This document shows, one piece after another, positions 57,499 through 64,000 of a stretch of DNA of 64,000 nt; the first letter of the stretch is position 1, and each line of letters opens with the position of its first letter. The stretch is taken from NCBI GenBank assembly GCA_951406725.2, contig OX597819.1, positions 84,196,001 to 84,260,000 of the forward strand, read 5' to 3'. The DNA is from Octopus vulgaris. Taxonomy: Eukaryota. Both the position numbers and the translations under genes were made by a program. A model generated the notes under the pieces. That model searched no databases and was not told the origin of the DNA. It saw nothing but the letters and a program-made list of their open reading frames with translations.

Positions 57499-59066
57499 TA
57501 TGATCTCATTAAAACTCAAAAATCATTTTTTTAATAATCTTTGGAACTACAGTTATTAAAATCAAGCTTTTGAGCCTTTTTGCTGTCTTTCCTAATAATA
57601 TATATTACATATAACATTATTTCAAACGATGCTATTTCCAGTTAATATCTACAATAATTAAATATAATTTTTTGATGATAACAATATATGTGAAAGAATG
57701 TTGTAGCTATAAGCAATTATAGATAATGCATACTAAGATATTTTTTACTAAAATCGTTGTCTGAGTTTAACAGGTCATAACAATGTCATACTATACAATT
57801 ACAGTTACACTAAAATTGATTCTCGTTGCTTCTTCCAGCTAGACCTGAAACTTCAAATATTTAGAAGAATAAATAGAAATTATAACATTTTTGTCTTTTC
57901 TAAAAGCATTGATATATCTTAACCCATACTCAATTTACAAAGCAGTTATGGTAAACATATAAGGACATTTATATTAAGAGAGAAAATAAAAGGAAAGATA
58001 ACAACCTCAAAAGTATCAATTCTAATAACAAAAATATATTATTTTAAGAAAACAGAAACATACATCTGAAGATGACATAAAATATCACAATTACAAATTT
58101 TAAAATTCCATGATTATTCTAATTTCATTGGTAGAACATAAATTCAGATATATATAACCAATCTAAAGTTTGTGAATATATTGTATTTTCCAGCATACAA
58201 GTTAAATTTTTCCAATCAAACTTTACAGCCAAAAAAGGTAAGCTAACTTATACACCAAGGTGACTTTGGAGGACCAACAATTCCATGAGAAATGCAGCAG
58301 GACTTGGAAAGATAGTGATGATGTTTGAATGTTTACACCATGTTTGCACTATATGCTATGTCAACTTATATACTGGAAAATACAGTATTCTTTAACATGC
58401 TTCATTCATTTATTGGTTTTATAATTTCATAAGAGTTAGTTTGAGAGGCATTTTGGATGTGATTAAAATGTCAACTACTTCACTACTTCATTACTTCACT
58501 TGCTAGAAAAATATTATCACCTGACTGAATGGTTGATGAACTGATGAATAAACTAACTATAAAACACTTAGTCTAAAATATATCCAAATATAGATATTTC
58601 AGTATCCATGCTAACTTGGAAATTAATTTGAAACAAATTATTTTTTAATAATTTTGCCAACAACATGCCAAATATTTAGTACTGAATAGTAAACATTGAT
58701 CAAACTATTAGCCTAATATTTTGTACTCTTTATCTTTTACTATAAAAAGAAATTTACACAATATGAATATATTCTCTTAATACCACAATTTTTAGTGTAG
58801 TTGAGTCCTCAGAGTCCTTGAAGCAGGATTGAATTCTCAAGCCTCTATAAGTAAAATACTATCTCTGTGTTAAAATATGGCACTCAAGTATAATCAAAGG
58901 AGAATTATCAGCAGCAGCATATTTATGATGACATTTTAAAACTGCTACAGGCTGTATTTGAACCTTAATCTATTTCTTTGATGAAACCTTGTTCTCAAAT
59001 CTTCTAAGGTCTACCTCAAAGACTGGTACATTCTCTCAGAAAATTGTTATTTTTTACTCAGCATAT

Positions 59067-59446
59067 ATCTTTTACTCTTTTATACATTTCAGTCACTTGA
59101 TTGTGGCCATGCTGGAGCACTGCTTTTAGTCGAACAAACCAACACCAGGACTTATGCTGCGTAAGTCTAGTGCTTATTCTACCAGTCTCTTTTGCTAAAC
59201 TGCTAAGTTTCAGTGACATAAACACACCAACATCAGTTGTCAAGCGATCGTGGGGGGACAAACACAGACACAAAGACCTACACACACACATGAATATATA
59301 TACATATATATGCATGACAGGCTTCTTTCAGTTTCCGTCTACCAAATCCACTCACAAAGCTTTGGTTGGCTTGAGGCTATAGTAGGAGACACTTGCCCAA
59401 GGTGCCATGCAGTGGGACTGAACCTGGAACCATATGGTTGGGAAGC
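59067..59446 (-). mobile_element. Mirror copy of the same SINE in the left arm
   Basis: Reverse complement of 60551-60935 with few differences. Confidence 0.75.
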
Positions 59447-59618
59447 ATATCTTTAATGTTTGTTTTTATGTTTGGTTATAATAAAAACAATTTTAGACTA
59501 ATCTGAGGGGTTAGTCTATACTTTTGTGGAATACAAGTTTATTCTTAAACAAGAATATTGTTGACAGTGCCTTCGAAATTTTGGCCTGTTAAGCCATCAT
59601 CAGACTGGCTAAAATTTA

Positions 59619-59621
<3 letters not shown>

Positions 59622-59708
<87 letters not shown>

Positions 59709-59720
59709 CACACACACACA
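59622..59720. repeat. (TA)n microsatellite followed by (CA)n
   Basis: Directly visible. Confidence 0.97.
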
Positions 59721-59727
59721 TATATAG

Positions 59728-59868
59728 AGATGGTTAAGCAACTTTCTTTAAAACCATGTTAATTGAGATTCAGCCTCACTGTGAAGCACCTTGAGCAAGT
59801 TTTTTTATATTATAGCTTGGGATTGACCAATGCCTTTTGAGTGAAAGATGGAAGCTGGATGGAAGTCC
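59728..59868 (+). mobile_element. Diverged 5' half of a related SINE (mirror copy at 60151-60290, minus strand)
   Basis: TGGTTAAG...GATTCAGCCTCACTG...CACCTTGAGCAAGT...TATAGC...GACCAATGCCTT..GAGTG parallels the head of the 60551 element. Confidence 0.55.
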
Positions 59869-59873
59869 AATAA

Positions 59874-60149
<276 letters not shown>

Positions 60150-60291
60150 TGGACTTCCATCCAGCTTCCATCTTTCACTCAAAAGGCATTGGTCAATCCC
60201 AAGCTATAATAAAAAAAACTTGCTCAAGGTGCTTCACAGTGAGGCTGAATCTCAATTAACATGGTTTTAAAGAAAGTTGCTTAACCATCTC

Positions 60292-60311
60292 TATATATGT
60301 GTGTGTGTGTG

Positions 60312-60376
<65 letters not shown>
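60292..60376. repeat. (TG)n(TA)n microsatellite, mirror of 59622-59720
   Basis: Directly visible. Confidence 0.95.
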
Positions 60377-60378
<2 letters not shown>

Positions 60379-60389
60379 TAAATTTTAGC

Positions 60390-60432
60390 CAGTCTGATGA
60401 TGGCTTAACAGGCCAAAATTTCGAAGGCACTG
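60390..60432 (+). ncRNA. Degenerate hammerhead-like relic (mirror at 59565-59607, minus strand)
   Basis: CAGT CTGATGA TGGCTT-AAC-AGGCC AAAA TTTCGAAG GC ACTG. CUGAUGA and stems I/II are intact, but GAAA is AAAA and there is no UH. Confidence 0.35.
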
Positions 60433-60550
60433 TCAACAATATTCTTGTTTAAGAATAAACTTGTATTCCACAAAAGTATAGACTAACCCCTCAGATTAGT
60501 CTAAAATTGTTTTTATTATAACCAAACATAAAAACAAACATTAAAGATAT

Positions 60551-60935
60551 GCTTCCCAACAACCATATGGTTCCAGGTTCAGTCCCACTGCATGGCACCT
60601 TGGGCAAGTGTCTCCTACTATAGCCCCAAGCCAACCAAAGCTTTGTGAGTGGATTTGGTAGATGGAAACTGAAAGATACCTGTCATGCATATATATGTAT
60701 ATATATTCATGTGTGTGTGTAGGTCTTTGTGTCTGTGTTTGTCCCCCCACGATCGCTTGACAACTGATGTTGGTGTGTTTATGTCACTGAAACTTAGCAG
60801 TTTAGCAAAAGAGACTGATAGAATAAGCACTAGACTTAAGCAGCATAAGTCCTGGTGTTGGTTTGTTTGACTAAAAGCAGTGCTCCAGCATGGCCACAAT
60901 CAAGTGATTGAAATGTATAAAAGAGTAAAAGAGTA
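60551..60935 (+). mobile_element. tRNA-derived SINE, 5'-truncated (Octopus-type by recall)
   Basis: B-box-like GGTTCAGTCCC at 60576-60586, followed by CACCTTGGGCAAGTG, an internal (TA)/(TG) linker and a repeated AAAAGAGT tail. The family assignment is from memory, not from a search. Confidence 0.75.
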
Positions 60936-60997
60936 TATGCTGAGTAAAAAATAACAATTTTCTGAGAGAATGTACCAGTCTTTGAGGTAGTTCGACT

Positions 60998-61000
60998 ATG

Positions 61001-61059
<59 letters not shown>

Positions 61060-61188
61060 GCGATTATGCAGATAAACAAATCAAATATAACACCTTGGGT
61101 TCGATATTCAATAAATGTGTGTGTGTGTGTGTGTACGTGTGTGTGCGTGCGTGCATGTGTGCGTGTGTGTGCGTGTGTGTGTATGTGT
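60998..61188. repeat. (TA)n tract (~61000-61056) and (TG/CG)n tract (~61116-61188)
   Basis: Directly visible. Confidence 0.9.
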
Positions 61189-61439
61189 AAACAGAGAAAG
61201 CAAAGACTGAAGATTTTCAGACGATGAATATTTAAGTATAAATATATAGAAGTACAAGCAACAGAGAAAATTAAAGAGAAGGAGGTAAGATGTTACAAGT
61301 CCAACAGCTGTTTTTGGAGGTTCAGAGATCTACCATAATGTTGGTAGATGTGATTAACCAAAATATGCAGCCAGAATGGCACACCAACAGAAAGTTATGT
61401 GAATTTCATTTGTAGTGTGGCCTACATGATGATGAACTA

Positions 61440-61690
61440 TGTATCATGTGGCCTTCTTCTTGAAAAAGAGTTGCTCATGGCTACTCTTCATAGTCATCCA
61501 ACTTGCTAGATATAGCAGGTATCTTCTCCAAATAACACACTATCATTTTAAACAAACAAAGGAAGGACGCATTGACTGTATAATGCAATCCTAACTTCAC
61601 TGTAATAAAACAAAAAGGATGGGGTAACTATGATTGGAATGTTTTTTGATCATAGGGCTACAGTGTAACTAGAAACAGAAAGTATTAAGT
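61440..61690 (+). mobile_element. Possible old, degenerate interspersed repeat (SINE 3' part)
   Basis: Motifs acttgctagatatagcag...aggatgggg...tggaatg...ttgatcatagg resemble cephalopod interspersed repeats (recall only). Confidence 0.3.
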
Positions 61691-61822
61691 TAAAGGTTCT
61701 ACCTATGCACATTGCACTGATAATAACACATCTTAGAAATATAGACAGGAATCATCTTTGCTCTCAATAAAATAGACAAATGAAATTAAATTTAAGAATA
61801 TTTGTACGACTAAATAGTTAGA

Positions 61823-61868
61823 GTGTGTGGATATATATATGTCTGTGTGTGCACGTATATATATACAT

Positions 61869-61920
<52 letters not shown>
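61823..61920. repeat. (TA)n-rich microsatellite
   Basis: Directly visible. Confidence 0.92.
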
Positions 61921-61927
<7 letters not shown>

Positions 61928-62000
61928 TTGAGTTGTGGGGTATCGCACGAGTGGGATTATATAAGAAAAAAGGTTTGAAAATGCAATTTAAACGATGTTT

Positions 62001-62050
62001 ATTTACTTAACCGGTTTCACTCTTTGGTAAAAGATTGTCAAAAGTTACAT
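62001..62050 (-). ncRNA. Minimal type I hammerhead-ribozyme-like motif (U3-A8 variant), probably a Penelope-like element relic
   Basis: Minus strand reads ACUU UUGACAA U CUUUU ACCA AAGAG U GAAA CCGG UU AAGU: stem I ACUU/AAGU, core UUGANAA, stem II, GAAA, palindromic stem III ACCGGU, GUU site. Confidence 0.55.
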
Positions 62051-62067
62051 TTAAGGAAACATTGAAT

Positions 62068-62168
62068 AATATGGGTTCAAAAAAAGTTTTTTACATAATT
62101 GTCACATTGAATATTATGCATTCAAAAAAGTTTTTTGAATATTATGCATTCAAAAAAGTTTTTTACAT
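62068..62168 (-). repeat. Short array of a ~44-bp AT-rich minisatellite, inverted relative to 63845-64000
   Basis: atgggttcaaaaaaagttttttacataattgtcacattgaatattatgcattcaaaaaagttttt is the reverse complement of ~63908-63971. Confidence 0.85.
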
Positions 62169-62169
62169 G

Positions 62170-62401
62170 CGTGGCATGCACACGCATGCATTATATATAT
62201 GTAGGTGATATATGTGTGTGTGTGTGTGTGCACTGTGTGCGTGTGTGTGTATATGTGTGTGTGCGCGCGTTGTATGTGTTTGTGTGTGTGCACGTGTGTA
62301 TATATGTGTGTGTGTGTGTGCACTGTGTGCGGGTGTGTGTGTATGTGTGTGTGTGTGTGTGTGTGAGCATTGTATACGTGTGTATGTATTTACATATGTA
62401 T

Positions 62402-62452
<51 letters not shown>

Positions 62453-63490
62453 TGTGTGTGTATATGCATGGTATGTGTGTATATGTTAGTACTTTGTTTG
62501 TGTGTATGTGCGGCATGTAGAGATATATTTGAGTGTGTACGCTATAGGTTTGTAATTTGTGTGTGTGGGGGGTGGTGAATTTTTTATATATATATGTGTG
62601 TGTGTATGTGTGTGAAAAAATATATGTATGTGCATGTATGTATGTATGTATGTGTGTATATATATATATATATATGTGTATATATATGTGTGTGTGTGTA
62701 TGTGTGTGTGTGTATATTTATTTGCATGTTTATGTGTGTATAAACATGTACATTATTTGCATGCGCATTGTATATATGTATATTGTATGTATGTGTATTG
62801 TATATGTACGTGTACAATTAAGTGTATATATTTGTGTGTATGTGTGCACTGTATATATGTATATTGTAGGTGTGCTATATGTGCATGAATACATGTATAT
62901 GCATTGCGTGTATATATATGTATGCATTGTGTGTGTATGTATGTTATGTGTGTGTGTGTATATATATATATTATATGTATGCGTACGTGTATGTGTATGC
63001 ATTGTATGTATGTGTGTTGTGTGTATATGTGGTACATCTATGTATGTGTATGTAAACACTATTTATATGTATATGTGTATATATGTATATGCATTGTCTA
63101 TATATATATATATTGTATGTATGTATTGCGTATGTATATTGCATGCATATATTGTGTATGTATATTACTTACATGCTGTATGTGTGTATTGTATGTGTGT
63201 ATATATATATGCTAGGTGTATTTGTGTGATATTTATATTATGTATGTATGTGTGCGTGTGTTGTGTGTGTGTGTGTGTATGTGTGTTATATATCTGTGTA
63301 TATTATATATAGATACATGTTATATTTGTGTGCTGTGTATATATGTGATATATGTGGGTGCGTTGTGTGTGGGTGTGTGTGTTCTGTGTGTGTGTGTGTT
63401 GTCTGTATGTGGTTTGTGTTTGTATACTATGTGTGTGTGTGTGTGTGTTGTTGTGTGTGTGTGTGTTTGTGTGTATATATATGTGTGTGA
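62170..63490. repeat. 1.3-kb degenerate (TG/TA)n low-complexity tract
   Basis: Alternating purine-pyrimidine sequence, G+T-rich on the plus strand; it produces the spurious CVCV/YIYI/THTH ORFs. Confidence 0.95.
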
Positions 63491-63814
63491 CAAACAGACG
63501 CTGTCTGACCAGCAGGCACGGACACATCTATTCACACCCGCATACTAACCTCCTGATAACCCCAAAATCATTCATGCATAAAGGGGAAGTATACACCACA
63601 TTGGCTACTTCTGTTCTCTCAGTTCAGCCTTTCTGCTAATACTAACAGGTCAGTAAAAACATACTTAAAATATTCTGAGATGGACAAAAAATCCATTTTA
63701 ATTTTTGCTGTCAAAACGCTGTATATATATACCAAAGATTGTATATATATACATGTAATGTGACAATTTGCGACAACCAATAATTAACGCAACCAATTCC
63801 CAATAATATATTTG

Positions 63815-64000
63815 TTTTATCCTTTTCTGCCAAATTTTCCCAAATAATGTGACAATTATGTATAAAAAACATTTTTGAATTCATAATATCCAATGTGACA
63901 ATTATGTAAAAACTTTTTTGAATGCATAATATTCAATGTGACAATTATGTAAAAAACTTTTTTGAACCCATAATATCCAATGTGACAATTATGTAAAAAA
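63815..64000 (+). repeat. ~44-bp tandem minisatellite running off the window end
   Basis: Unit aatgtgacaattatgtaaaaaacttttttgaa(tg/cc)cataatat(t/c)c, at least 3.5 copies. Confidence 0.9.

Noticed and set aside
1-57498. Bacterial giant adhesin or giant-virus gene; assignment to MUC16, titin or another named gene
   Set aside because: The flank contains SINEs, long microsatellites and a spliceosomal-type acceptor. I saw no RTX, Ig, Fn3, SEA or vWD motifs in the parts translated, so no gene symbol is justified.
587-57559. Dozens of plus-strand ORFs rich in Val/Ser/Ile/Cys (e.g. VTAVPGSVSS repeats)
   Set aside because: They are antisense shadows of the Thr/Asp-rich minus-strand frame, are repeatedly broken by stops, and show no independent protein signal.
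57745-57870. Possible small upstream exon (minus-strand TTTCAG|GTCTAG acceptor at ~57845)
   Set aside because: The donor is weak and its ATGs are followed quickly by stops. It cannot be supported without transcript data.
61290-61335. Third hammerhead-like trace (minus strand CTGAAC...AAAACAGCTGTT)
   Set aside because: The core and stem II are too degenerate; only the palindrome ACAGCTGT remains.

Overview
This is AT-rich eukaryotic DNA. The tRNA-derived SINEs and dense (TA)n/(TG)n tracts look cephalopod/Octopus-like (inference). The main feature is absent from the supplied ORF track: one minus-strand reading frame (plus-strand triplets starting at 1, 4, 7...) appears open from about 57,498 to beyond position 1, about 19,160 codons, with its stop outside the window. 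It reads as a single >57-kb coding exon of a giant, probably secreted or cell-surface, Thr-rich mucin-like protein. Architecture from N to C: signal-like hydrophobic segment, ~480-aa alpha/beta-like globular region, RIKR furin motif, basic linker, an unrecognised 19-residue beta-strand/Cys repeat, a polybasic tract, a PQIHxDG repeat, long degenerate Thr-rich sequence with two N-glycosylation-sequon arrays, and ~13 kb of decapeptide repeats. The short plus-strand ORFs in 1-57 kb are antisense shadows. Positions 57.5-64 kb are non-coding (intron or upstream) and contain a ~2-kb inverted duplication with SINEs, a minimal hammerhead-ribozyme-like motif, microsatellites and an inverted ~44-bp minisatellite. 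I hand-translated several dozen lines, not every codon.
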